A stretch of DNA of 55,319 bases from an uncultured virus (IMG/VR IMGVR_UViG_3300044956_000873) (Duplodnaviria > Heunggongvirae > Uroviricota > Caudoviricetes). A program made the translations under genes and the position numbers. This document shows positions 6,722 through 16,202 of the stretch, piece by piece (position 1 is the stretch's first letter; each line of letters begins with the position of its first letter). The notes beneath the pieces are model-generated. The model was not told where the DNA came from and made no database searches. It saw nothing but the letters and a program-made list of their open reading frames with translations. The DNA lies in the IMG/VR virus record IMGVR_UViG_3300044956_000873; one strand, 5' to 3'.

Positions 6722-7525
6722 ATGAAAAAATTTGGGAGATTCAATGATGTCATTAGATGGACCGCTGAACAAATGTATGATTATTCTTATACTGTCCATA
6801 CTGAAAAATGGCAAGGAAAAGAGATTAAACACGATCCTAAATATGCTATGATCGAGACGTTGAACTTATCCTTTTCGTGTCAGATGTCTCCAGATATCAA
6901 AGTTATTGGAGAGCAGATAAAACCAAATTTTGCTTGGGCAGATGAACATTTCGAGGAAAGAGTTAGTAGATCCCCTCTTAATCCTCCGCCCTCACACGTT
7001 CGCTGGCCTTATGCACAGAAAAATAATACTGAATTCGGGGGGTATGAAAAATTCTCACATACATATCCAGAAAGAATATGGGGAAAATATGGTGAAGAGG
7101 ATTCACCAACTAGAAAATCTGGGGTAACATTAAAAGGAATAAGATACCATTATGGGGATTTTGCAGATGTTATTAATCTTATGGTTAGAGAACCTTTTAC
7201 TAGGCAAGCATTTCTTCCGATATGGTATCCGGAAGACACAGGCTCCGTCCACGGAGAAAGAGTTCCTTGTACAATAGGGTATCACTTTATAAGAAGAGAT
7301 GATTGGGTTCATGTAGTTTATTATATTAGATCCTGTGATTTCTTTAGACACTTTAGAGATGATATCTATTTATGTGCTAAGAAGGTGTTTTGGCTTATTG
7401 AGGAGTGTAAGAAAAAAGATCAAGAAAACTGGAAAGATGTTAAACCAGGAATGTTAACAATGCACATAACATCTTTACACGCATGGGCTTCAGAAAAACC
7501 TATGCTTAAGAATTTGATTCGATGA
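6722..7525 (+). CDS. thymidylate synthase-family enzyme, probable dCMP hydroxymethylase/methylase type
   Basis: TRQA, VPCT catalytic Cys, RSCDFFRHFRDD, HITSLH. Confidence 0.75.
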   Translation: MKKFGRFNDVIRWTAEQMYDYSYTVHTEKWQGKEIKHDPKYAMIETLNLSFSCQMSPDIKVIGEQIKPNFAWADEHFEERVSRSPLNPPPSHVRWPYAQKNNTEFGGYEKFSHTYPERIWGKYGEEDSPTRKSGVTLKGIRYHYGDFADVINLMVREPFTRQAFLPIWYPEDTGSVHGERVPCTIGYHFIRRDDWVHVVYYIRSCDFFRHFRDDIYLCAKKVFWLIEECKKKDQENWKDVKPGMLTMHITSLHAWASEKPMLKNLIR

Positions 7526-7535
7526 TATATAATGG

Positions 7536-8384
7536 ATGTTGAGACATCTAAAAGACTTTAAAAACTTTTCTTTATTTGAAAATGTAAAGGTGGAAAAAAT
7601 AGACCCCGCCTCGTATAAAATGGAAACTGTTACTGAGCTTCCCTATATGAGTTACATCAAAGAAAATCGTAATAAGTTTTTAAAGAAATTAATAAAGATA
7701 TCAGAGGAGCTTGGTGTAAAGCCCCAATGGATTTTACACACTATATTTCACGAGAGCAGATTCGATTCTAAATATAAAGATGAGATGTCAGGCCAAGTCG
7801 GCCTTCTATCTTTTATTCCCTCTGTGCTAAAGAATTTTATTAATCCAGATACAGGAAAAAATTATTCACCAAACGACGTTTTAGAAATGAGCAACGTTGA
7901 TCAATTAGATTTAATTAGAGCTTTTTATAAAACATGGATAAATGAAATGAATCTTAAAGGAGAGTTATCAGCGGGCGATTTTGCATCTATAACTTTTTAT
8001 CCCGAAACAATTAGGAAAGATTGGAAATGGGAATTCCCTTCCTATGTAATTGGCAAGAACGTAGAAACTTTTAAAAGCTTTCCTTCCGATGGAGGTAAAT
8101 CTAAAAAAGATTACTACGAGTATATAGATCAGATTTTTAATAGCGAGGAGGAACAGGATGATAATAATAATTACATTCTTGGTAATTTCTCTGGAGCTTT
8201 CGCCGACACGCAATCGTATAGATCTAAAAAACCTTTAGAATATTATAGAGGCTTGTTAGATTCAATAGAAGATCCATATCTAAATCAAGATATACAACAA
8301 CAGGATTTAGAAAACACCGAAAAAAATAAACAGTCTAACGTTAACACCGTTCCGCTGGGAATAAATGCTGTAAAATGGAAATAA
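7536..8384 (+). CDS. lysozyme-like (SLT) domain virion protein
   Basis: LGVKPQWILHTIFHESRF, GLLSFIPS, MSNVDQLD pattern; late motif upstream. Confidence 0.65.
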   Translation: MLRHLKDFKNFSLFENVKVEKIDPASYKMETVTELPYMSYIKENRNKFLKKLIKISEELGVKPQWILHTIFHESRFDSKYKDEMSGQVGLLSFIPSVLKNFINPDTGKNYSPNDVLEMSNVDQLDLIRAFYKTWINEMNLKGELSAGDFASITFYPETIRKDWKWEFPSYVIGKNVETFKSFPSDGGKSKKDYYEYIDQIFNSEEEQDDNNNYILGNFSGAFADTQSYRSKKPLEYYRGLLDSIEDPYLNQDIQQQDLENTEKNKQSNVNTVPLGINAVKWK

Positions 8385-8656
8385 AAAAACTAAAAGATTT
8401 CGCTATAAAAGAAAATTTAGAATATAGTGGAGATGACGTAACAAGAATGCCAGTAATAGGTAAAGTTATTACTAAAGCTATAGGTCCTTTTGAAGAAGCG
8501 GAGTATGATGTGGTCGAAATAATAGACGATCCAAATGGTAAGGAAATCTATGTATGTAACAAATGGTACAAAGAATACAAAAGAATTCCACAGCTAATAC
8601 ACTCGGATCTTGTTAAAGAGTATATTCCAGTAGCCAAATTCGGAAACTTTTATTAA
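8375..8656 (+). CDS. hypothetical protein
   Basis: 93-aa ORF overlapping the previous stop; N-terminus IKKLKDFAIKE. Confidence 0.65.
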   Translation: MEIKKLKDFAIKENLEYSGDDVTRMPVIGKVITKAIGPFEEAEYDVVEIIDDPNGKEIYVCNKWYKEYKRIPQLIHSDLVKEYIPVAKFGNFY

Positions 8657-8764
8657 CGTGGTTATATAATAATAGGACTAGAGGTTTCTAGTCACTTCCC
8701 GGTCAACAAACCGTAGAGCTTTCAGAAATGGACGCGAAGGAAGGGGCCAAATAAAATAATCTTT

Positions 8765-9583
8765 ATGTATTATTCAACGCCAAGCGTGAATGTGGGGTGT
8801 TGTACCGCACACATCACAAGAAACAGAAATAGATCTAAGATCTACGGAGATTCCATCTATCTTAAAGACGGGGAAAATTTCGAGATTGAATTATTCAATC
8901 CCACAACAGCAAGGGTCCTTGCGAAGATCAATCTAAACGGTAAGAGTATTTCCGAATCTGGTATTATATTAAGGCCAGGAGAAAGAGTTTATCTAGAAAG
9001 ATTTATAGACACAAATAATAAGTTTCTTTTCGAAACTTATGAAGTCGATAAATCCAACGAGGCTCTTAACGCTATAATTGATAATGGTATGTTAGAGGTT
9101 TCTTTTTATAAAGAATCTAATTATATCAATCCTCGTGTAAATTATGGAGATTACTTTAAAGGAGTACCCCCTTATAATCCTTCTATTACTATTGGCACTA
9201 ACATCGGGGGATCTACTGGAATTTATTATAGCTCCGATGTCTTTGGATCTTACTGTTCAGATTCAAACTTCTCTTTAGGTGGATCCACCATAAACAATTT
9301 ATTTACTACTACAAGTATGACAAATGATTCTGTAAAAGGGTGTAATGCTAGTAATAGTTTGGAAACTGGGAGAGTTGAAATGGGTGAATTTAGTAATCAA
9401 GAATTTAGAAGTGTTTCTGCAAATTTTATGGATATAGCAGAAACAACTATTAAATATAGAATATTACCGGAATCGCAAAAACCATTAGAGTCTTCTTCAA
9501 TTAGAAACTACTGCACGGATTGTGGAACTAGAATGAAAAAGCAAACTTGGAAATTCTGTCCTAATTGCGGATCTAAGATCTAA
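8765..9583 (+). CDS. hypothetical protein with C-terminal zinc ribbon
   Basis: YCTDCG...KFCPNCG; N-terminal beta-rich domain. Confidence 0.75.
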   Translation: MYYSTPSVNVGCCTAHITRNRNRSKIYGDSIYLKDGENFEIELFNPTTARVLAKINLNGKSISESGIILRPGERVYLERFIDTNNKFLFETYEVDKSNEALNAIIDNGMLEVSFYKESNYINPRVNYGDYFKGVPPYNPSITIGTNIGGSTGIYYSSDVFGSYCSDSNFSLGGSTINNLFTTTSMTNDSVKGCNASNSLETGRVEMGEFSNQEFRSVSANFMDIAETTIKYRILPESQKPLESSSIRNYCTDCGTRMKKQTWKFCPNCGSKI

Positions 9584-9595
9584 ACCTTACTACAC

Positions 9596-9630
9596 AAAAA
9601 ACCCAGGAGAGATCCTGGGTTTGTAGTTTT
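9596..9630. terminator. bidirectional intrinsic terminator
   Basis: AAACCCAGGA-GAGA-TCCTGGGTTT between convergent genes. Confidence 0.85.
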
Positions 9631-10443
9631 CTATAAATATCTTTCCCAATCCTGAGCCATCTCTGCTTGAGATATTTCTGAATCTGTATAAGGTCGTATG
9701 TTTCTAAGAGGAGTTCCTCGATAAGCCATATAAGCATCTTTAGGAACTGGTATTTGATATTCTGGAGAGATGTTAATATTTCCTCCATATCCTGCAGTTG
9801 TAGGAGTGGTTGATATTTTAGGCTGATCCTTTGGACCGAACATCCAGTCATAAGTTTTTTTTACAAATTTAGACTCCCGTGTAATATCTCTTACTGATTT
9901 AGTTAGTTCTTTAACTCTAGCGGGATTAGATGCAAGGGTAGTTAATTTTGATCCTCCCCTCATTACAAAGTTCTTAAGGGAGCCTATCATTTTTCCTATA
10001 AATGGACCTATTCCAGTAAATTTAGTCATAAACTTAACGCTTTTTAAGAAAGCCACTATTTTAGGGAAGAATTTGGCAACCAAATTTATAAGGGGCTTTA
10101 ATATAGAAGCTCCTATCGCTTTACCTTTTCCTAAAGCTTTAACTAAAAGAGTCCCACCAGCTCCAATATATTGACCAAAAAGTGGAATAAGACCTATTGC
10201 ACATAGTCCAGCTAATAGATATTCTCCTTGTTTAGCATAAGAAACTAAATTTATCCCTTCTGCTATTGATCCTACTCCAGGAATAAGCGCTGCAAAATCT
10301 AGAACGGTATTATACCAAGCCTCCATTAATGCTGGATCATCAGAATTAAGACATTCTAGAGATTCATTAATTTGCTCATTAGTAAAAAATACAGGGGATT
10401 CATTTTCGAATAAATAGTCCTCTAAGGAAAGAATGTTATTCAT
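9631..10443 (-). CDS. probable virion protein with pre-toxin (PT-TG-like) helical hairpin
   Basis: LDFAALIPGVGSIAEGINLVSYAKQGEYLLAGLCAIGLIPLFG; late motif upstream. Confidence 0.6.
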   Translation of the reverse strand: MNNILSLEDYLFENESPVFFTNEQINESLECLNSDDPALMEAWYNTVLDFAALIPGVGSIAEGINLVSYAKQGEYLLAGLCAIGLIPLFGQYIGAGGTLLVKALGKGKAIGASILKPLINLVAKFFPKIVAFLKSVKFMTKFTGIGPFIGKMIGSLKNFVMRGGSKLTTLASNPARVKELTKSVRDITRESKFVKKTYDWMFGPKDQPKISTTPTTAGYGGNINISPEYQIPVPKDAYMAYRGTPLRNIRPYTDSEISQAEMAQDWERYL

Positions 10444-10503
10444 ACTTTTTTATTGTATATATCCCTTCTATGAAATTTTTAATTCCTGAATAGTATAAGT
10501 GAT

Positions 10504-10851
10504 ATGCTTTATAGATCTAATAAAATATATGTAGACGATTCCCCTGTTCACGGAAGGGGGGTTTTTGCAGCAGAAAAAATAAAGGCAGGAGAAATCCTGG
10601 AGGAGTGTTACTATATAAAAGTTCCGGAGGATTTATCATATCCACAAATATTAAGGGATCATTTTTTTAGTTGGCCTAAAGGAGAAAGTGGATTAGTCAT
10701 ATGTTTAGGATTCGGTAGTATTTTTAATCATTCTGACAATTCATATAGCGCAGATTGGGAAACTGATACAAAAAAAAATAAAATAATATTTTTTGCAACT
10801 AGAAATATAGAAATGGGTGAGGAGATATTTACAAACTACCAAAAATATTAG
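10504..10851 (+). CDS. SET-domain protein-lysine methyltransferase
   Basis: SPVHGRGVFA, IFNHS, RNIEMGEEIFTNY. Confidence 0.9.
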   Translation: MLYRSNKIYVDDSPVHGRGVFAAEKIKAGEILEECYYIKVPEDLSYPQILRDHFFSWPKGESGLVICLGFGSIFNHSDNSYSADWETDTKKNKIIFFATRNIEMGEEIFTNYQKY

Positions 10852-10912
10852 CGGAATCGTTTTTTTAAAAGGACCTTATACTCTACGTTTGGTATATAAA
10901 ATAAAAAACAAA

Positions 10913-11170
10913 ATGGAACCAGAAGAAATTAAAAAACATATGAATTTTGAAGAAGAGATTGATAAAATGTATGACGAACAGTCACGAAAACTTTATTCGT
11001 ATATAGAAGTCGAAGGAGAAAAAGCCTTTCAAAAAGAAGGTCCTTTGTATAAATTCTTAAAAACAGACCTTTTTGAAAGATTGATTTCTCACTTTGAGTC
11101 TACTGAAGAATATGAAAAGTGTGCTTACATTTTAAAAGTATCTCAGATAGTAAAAGAAAAAATCTTCTAG
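10913..11170 (+). CDS. hypothetical protein (UVR-like C-terminal helices)
   Basis: HFESTEEYEKCAYI; ATG 10913 follows an A-rich leader. Confidence 0.6.
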   Translation: MEPEEIKKHMNFEEEIDKMYDEQSRKLYSYIEVEGEKAFQKEGPLYKFLKTDLFERLISHFESTEEYEKCAYILKVSQIVKEKIF

Positions 11171-11206
11171 GAAGAAACTTTATTTAAATTTCCCGTATAA
11201 TATAAT

Positions 11207-11464
11207 ATGGGAAAGGTTAAAAGATATATTAAAAAATCTGCCGATGGTAGATTTTTTTTACATATAGATGAACCTGAGTACTCTATAGATCCTGATAAAA
11301 AAAGCAAATTGTGGCTTTCCTCGCCATATCTCTTAGAGGAATCTCTAAAACAAGATCTAGGTGTCACTACCAAATTATTAGATTATCTAATAAAATGGAA
11401 CGAAATAAACCAAAATTTCGAAACGTGCTCAAGACTACTTGTATTAAAAAATGCTATAAAATAA
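11207..11464 (+). CDS. hypothetical protein
   Basis: 85-aa ORF after a middle promoter motif. Confidence 0.6.
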   Translation: MGKVKRYIKKSADGRFFLHIDEPEYSIDPDKKSKLWLSSPYLLEESLKQDLGVTTKLLDYLIKWNEINQNFETCSRLLVLKNAIK

Positions 11465-11539
11465 TCAATTTTTAAAAGATTCTAGGACCAAAATAAAAAA
11501 TCCGTGTATAATAAATGTATGTAATTAAAAATTGATGAT

Positions 11540-11827
11540 ATGAGTGATTTCTTTATTAAAGAGGGATTTAATTTAGGTAGGATGGTTTCTTTTTCTAAAT
11601 CTAGTTATAGAGAAAAATATCCGGATAATGATGCGTACTTTAATGCTAATATTTTTGTTTTAGGTGAGGGAAAAGTTTGGTGTGGAGATGTCGATGTAAT
11701 GAAAGATATGGCATCCCTTCAAAATATTGCTAGAGAAACGCGAAAAGATTTGTATGTCCTTAGTGAAATAGACGGGAGATTCGGAAATGAAAATTTAGAG
11801 GATCCCGAAATCATTAGGAGATCCTAG
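11540..11827 (+). CDS. hypothetical protein
   Basis: 95-aa ORF. Confidence 0.6.
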   Translation: MSDFFIKEGFNLGRMVSFSKSSYREKYPDNDAYFNANIFVLGEGKVWCGDVDVMKDMASLQNIARETRKDLYVLSEIDGRFGNENLEDPEIIRRS

Positions 11828-11856
11828 ATGTAAAATAAATAAATAATTTAATTAAT

Positions 11857-13035
11857 ATGGCTAAGAAGGAATTTTCATTTGCAGAACTTGATAAACAACT
11901 GTCTAAAATCGACGGATTTGAAATGGGATCTATATTAGAGAATAATAAATTCTCTGAGATTACCGATTGGATACCAACTGGAAATTATTTACTAAATGCC
12001 CAACTATCAGGAACACTGTTTGGCGGCATAGCAAATAATAGATCAATGGGTATTGCAGGAGATCCACAAACAGGTAAATCTTTCCTATGTATGAACATCG
12101 TGAGAGAGGCACAGAGAAAAGATTATAACGTAATTTACTGCGATACTGAAGGAGCAATTGATAAATCGGGTGCTAAAAAATTCGGTATAGACACAACAAA
12201 AGTTAGATACCAACCGATTAAGACTATCTCTGACTTTAAAGTTTTTGTTGCTAATCTAGTTGACAAGGTTAAAGCATACAGAAAAGATGGTGCAGATCCT
12301 AAGATTGCCCTAGTTTTAGATTCATTGGGTATGTTATCAACGGATAAGGAAACAGGAGACGCACTAAAGGGTAGGAGTGCAATGGACATGGGTGTTAGAT
12401 CTAAAGAATTAAGATCTCTATTCCGAGTTATTACCTTAGATCTTACTGCAGTTAAAATCCCTCTCATATGTACAAATCACACAACCACAGGTAACATCGG
12501 AGGATTTATGCCAACAAAAGAAGCTTCTGGTGGCGATGGACCTATCTTTTCTATGAGCAACGTGATTATGCTATCTAAAGCTCAGCTTAAAGAAGGAGAT
12601 ACTAAAACTGGTATTGTTGTTACGTCGACACCTAAAAAAGCTAGATTCACTAGACCTTATGCTGTTAAGTTTCATATTTCATTCATAAATGGTATGAATC
12701 CGTATGTTGGATTACAAGATTTTGTTTCCTGGGAAAATTGCGGAATACAGAAAGGAAAATTAGAGGTTGATAAAAAGACTGGCGAAATGGAATTTATTCC
12801 TAATGAATCATCCCCAAGATGGGCAGTTAGACACTTAGGAAAAACCGTTACGTCAACGCAAATATTTACTTCTGAGGTGTTTACTGAAGACGTACTTAGG
12901 CAATTAGACAAGAATGTTATACAACCTTACTTTAAATTACCAGATCTTTTTGACGATTCAGAACTAGAAGATTTAGTAAATAGTAGTTCAGAGGAGCAAG
13001 AAGCAACTGAGTCTAATGGAGAAGAGAAAGCTTAA
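11857..13035 (+). CDS. uvsX: RecA-like recombinase UvsX
   Basis: IPTGNYLLNAQLSG, AGDPQTGKS, YCDTEGA, VLDSLGML, TNHT, SGGDG. Confidence 0.92.
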   Translation: MAKKEFSFAELDKQLSKIDGFEMGSILENNKFSEITDWIPTGNYLLNAQLSGTLFGGIANNRSMGIAGDPQTGKSFLCMNIVREAQRKDYNVIYCDTEGAIDKSGAKKFGIDTTKVRYQPIKTISDFKVFVANLVDKVKAYRKDGADPKIALVLDSLGMLSTDKETGDALKGRSAMDMGVRSKELRSLFRVITLDLTAVKIPLICTNHTTTGNIGGFMPTKEASGGDGPIFSMSNVIMLSKAQLKEGDTKTGIVVTSTPKKARFTRPYAVKFHISFINGMNPYVGLQDFVSWENCGIQKGKLEVDKKTGEMEFIPNESSPRWAVRHLGKTVTSTQIFTSEVFTEDVLRQLDKNVIQPYFKLPDLFDDSELEDLVNSSSEEQEATESNGEEKA

Positions 13036-13309
13036 ATTAAAATATCTTCTCGGGGTATGGAAGGATCTGCCTGAATATCCAACTAAGGAGGACATAATTT
13101 ACGAATTGAATCTTTATTTAGTTAAGGACGGGAGACCCGACGGGGAATTTTCATATCAGACATTTAATTCATTCTTAGAGCCAGACTGGAAGAAAACTAA
13201 TCATGGCAAATTGGTAAAAGAATTAATAGAGACTGGAATATTTGAAAAAACTGAAAAAAGTATAGGAAATAAAAATTGGTATAAAATAAAGGACAATCCG
13301 CACTATTAA
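13016..13309 (+). CDS. hypothetical protein
   Basis: Coupled ORF between uvsX and the helicase. Confidence 0.7.
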   Translation: MEKRKLKLKYLLGVWKDLPEYPTKEDIIYELNLYLVKDGRPDGEFSYQTFNSFLEPDWKKTNHGKLVKELIETGIFEKTEKSIGNKNWYKIKDNPHY

Positions 13310-13312
13310 AAA

Positions 13313-14614
13313 ATGCAAAATCAACACTTAGAAAATATTTGGTTTAGATCGGTTATAGATAATCCGGCTTATATAGATGCTACTGACGTTAGCTTTTTTA
13401 AGAATTCGGACTATCAAGAAGCTTTTAAAGTTATAAAATCATTCTGGAAAAAATACCAGCAGATACCAAGTAAAATTCAGGTAAGGGAATCTGCAAAGCT
13501 TTTAAAAATAGATGATAGGTTGACTGATTCTTTATTGGACTCAATGTGGATGATAAATTTGGAGGATTACGATGTTGAGTGGCTCCAACAAAATGTAGAG
13601 TCTTGGATCGAATGGAAAACTCTCGAGAAGAGTGCGGTAGATTCGATAAACTACATAAGGAGCACGGACGTAACTCCCGATAATATCAAAGATGTAATAA
13701 ACACGTATAAATCTATTGTGGTCGACAGAAATAAAGTCGACTTTTCTTTTGATATAGGTTTGAACTTTAGAGATCCGGATTCCCACAAACAACCTAGCAA
13801 TTTGACATTTTCAAGCGGGTATGATTATATTGATTTCTGTTTAGGCGGCGGATTTTCAGCAAAGGGATTGTATGTTTTCTTGGGACAGCCTAAAGTAGGC
13901 AAAACATTATGGCTAGGTAATATAGCAACACAGGCGATTAGAGCTTCTAATAATGTTGCCATTATAACTTTGGAGCTTAATGATAGAAAATATATTAAAA
14001 GATTAGGATCTAATCTCTTAGGAATAAGAATGTTTGAATATAAAGAAAGTGCAGAGAATGATGCTTTGATTAAAAAGAAAATTACAAATCTTGCTTTCGA
14101 AAATTTGAGAACCCCTGGAGAATTAGTGGTTAAGGAGTTTCCAACTTCACAAGCATCTGCAATAGATGTAGAAAATTGGCTAACTAAAGTGGAGCAGATA
14201 ATGGGGATGAAGTTTAAGATTGTTATTATTGACTATATTAATATTATGAAGAACTGGAGAAATCCAAATTCGGAAAATACATATATGAAGATTAAACAAA
14301 TAGCTGAGGATTTGAGAGCAGCTGCTCAAAGAAACCAATGGGCTATTGTTACTGCAACACAAACAAAACAAAGCGAATTTGACGCTACGGATTTAAGTAT
14401 GAACTCTGCATCGGAATCTTCAGGACTGGTTGCTACTGTAGATGGTATGTTTGGTATTATTCAGGATCCGATAATGTATACGAAAAACGAATATAAGCTA
14501 AAGTTATTAGCAAATAGGGATGAGGGATATAAAAATTCCTATAAGAAATTTTTAGTTGATTATAATTTTATGAGAATTTCTGAAGATCCCAATTCCCAAA
14601 TAATGAATGATTAA
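13313..14614 (+). CDS. replicative DnaB-like helicase (T4 gp41-like)
   Basis: GQPKVGKT, ITLEL, VKEFPT, IIDYINIM, TATQT, SESSGL. Confidence 0.9.
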   Translation: MQNQHLENIWFRSVIDNPAYIDATDVSFFKNSDYQEAFKVIKSFWKKYQQIPSKIQVRESAKLLKIDDRLTDSLLDSMWMINLEDYDVEWLQQNVESWIEWKTLEKSAVDSINYIRSTDVTPDNIKDVINTYKSIVVDRNKVDFSFDIGLNFRDPDSHKQPSNLTFSSGYDYIDFCLGGGFSAKGLYVFLGQPKVGKTLWLGNIATQAIRASNNVAIITLELNDRKYIKRLGSNLLGIRMFEYKESAENDALIKKKITNLAFENLRTPGELVVKEFPTSQASAIDVENWLTKVEQIMGMKFKIVIIDYINIMKNWRNPNSENTYMKIKQIAEDLRAAAQRNQWAIVTATQTKQSEFDATDLSMNSASESSGLVATVDGMFGIIQDPIMYTKNEYKLKLLANRDEGYKNSYKKFLVDYNFMRISEDPNSQIMND

Positions 14615-15090
14615 TGAAAAGGAAAATAAAACTAATAGAAGATGAAAAGGATGATCTTAATATAGACGGCGAATTGGAGGAGGCTGGTCAAAAAGAGGAG
14701 CCTGGAGATGAGGTGTTTGAAGTAAATCCTGCTTTAGATTATAGAAGTTTACATTCCGTAGTTACTTATGAGGACGAGGATTACATATATTCTTGTAATT
14801 TAAATAACAAAATAGATGAGATCTTTCAGGCTTCTAGATGGACAGTAATAAACCCAAGCAAAAAAATTCCCAAGGATCTAATTCCTCTAATTTTCCAAGA
14901 TATTCTAAAAGAGATGGAGGATACTGAATTCAGTATAGTTGAAAAATTTGTTGCTATTTGTGACTACACTGCAATAAATTATCGAAAGGCTTATGAATCT
15001 ATTCATATGAAATATAAAGAGCTTATAGTTCAAGAAATGGATCAAAAATACGGTATTTTAGGTAAAAAGGGAATTAAAAAAATATTCTAA
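14614..15090 (+). CDS. hypothetical protein, possibly gp33-like late transcription coactivator
   Basis: C-terminus SIVEKFVAICDY...KYKELIVQEM...KKIF loosely resembles the gp33 family. Confidence 0.4.
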   Translation: MKRKIKLIEDEKDDLNIDGELEEAGQKEEPGDEVFEVNPALDYRSLHSVVTYEDEDYIYSCNLNNKIDEIFQASRWTVINPSKKIPKDLIPLIFQDILKEMEDTEFSIVEKFVAICDYTAINYRKAYESIHMKYKELIVQEMDQKYGILGKKGIKKIF

Positions 15091-16202
15091 TGGAGAAATT
15101 CTCGGGAATTAAAAGAATAATATTTATTACTGATACACACTTAGGAGTTAGAAACAACTCTAATGATTGGATCGAGATACACGAGAACTATTTTAAAAAT
15201 TGGTTTATTCCTTTATGTAAAAAAATATACAAACCAGGGGATTGCCTCGTACACCTGGGTGACGTGTACGACAGTAGACAATCTCTAAATCTTAGGGTTC
15301 TTAATCTAGGTATAGAAATATTTGAAGAACTTTCTAATATTTTCAAGGATGGAATTTTTATTATATGTGGTAATCATGACATATATGGAAAAAATACCAA
15401 TGAGGTTAATTCTCTAAAATCTTTAAAATGGATTCCTAGAATAAAAATATACGAAGAGCCAGAATCTATAATAATGGGAGGACGCAAGGTTTTTCTTATG
15501 CCATGGAGAAAGGATCATGACACAGAAAGAGAAACATTAAGATCGGTAAAAGAGACTCATGACTATATGTTTTGTCATACAGACTTAAAGGGATTAATGT
15601 TCAATAAATTTGTTAGAATAGATGAAGGATTAGAATACACAGAGATAGACAAATTTGATAGGGTTTATTCTGGACATATTCACTACTCACAAACCTTCGG
15701 TAAAATGAGAATGTTGGGATCCCCTTATCAACTCACAAGATCCGATACGGATAATCATAAGGGCATAACCGTTCTTGACTTGGAAACAGGATTTGAGGAT
15801 TACTACGATAATGACTACTCACCAAAGTTTATAAGGGTGACTTTTGAGAAAGTAATAAATTCTAATCCATCTGAGCTAAATCCTATATTCAAGAATAATT
15901 TTATAGATATATTAGTTGATCCAGAACTAGCAGTTAAAGCACCCTTGGGTCTATTAACCGAATATGTCAATCCTCCTTTGAAGATCTCATTTACTCCCAT
16001 AACAAATCCTGACCATGAGGTAGTAGATGAAGGATTTCATGATCTAGAGGGTAAAAATTTCTCCATTCTAGATCTCACTAAATTATATCTTGAAAAATGT
16101 AATTACGAGGATCATAAAAAAACAAAAATATACAGCGCTATAGAAAAACTGCTACATAAAATATCTGTACAAGTTAAGGAAGATGAAAATCAAGAAGATT
16201 GA
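15090..16202 (+). CDS. Mre11/SbcD-like nuclease (gp47)
   Basis: TDTHLG, HLGDVYD, GNHD, SGHIH metallophosphoesterase motifs. Confidence 0.92.
   Translation: MEKFSGIKRIIFITDTHLGVRNNSNDWIEIHENYFKNWFIPLCKKIYKPGDCLVHLGDVYDSRQSLNLRVLNLGIEIFEELSNIFKDGIFIICGNHDIYGKNTNEVNSLKSLKWIPRIKIYEEPESIIMGGRKVFLMPWRKDHDTERETLRSVKETHDYMFCHTDLKGLMFNKFVRIDEGLEYTEIDKFDRVYSGHIHYSQTFGKMRMLGSPYQLTRSDTDNHKGITVLDLETGFEDYYDNDYSPKFIRVTFEKVINSNPSELNPIFKNNFIDILVDPELAVKAPLGLLTEYVNPPLKISFTPITNPDHEVVDEGFHDLEGKNFSILDLTKLYLEKCNYEDHKKTKIYSAIEKLLHKISVQVKEDENQED

Noticed and set aside
8705..8742. c-di-GMP-I riboswitch resemblance (CAAACC...GGACGC)
   Set aside because: Lacks the GNRA-capped P2 and the P3 receptor; kept only as an unknown structured leader
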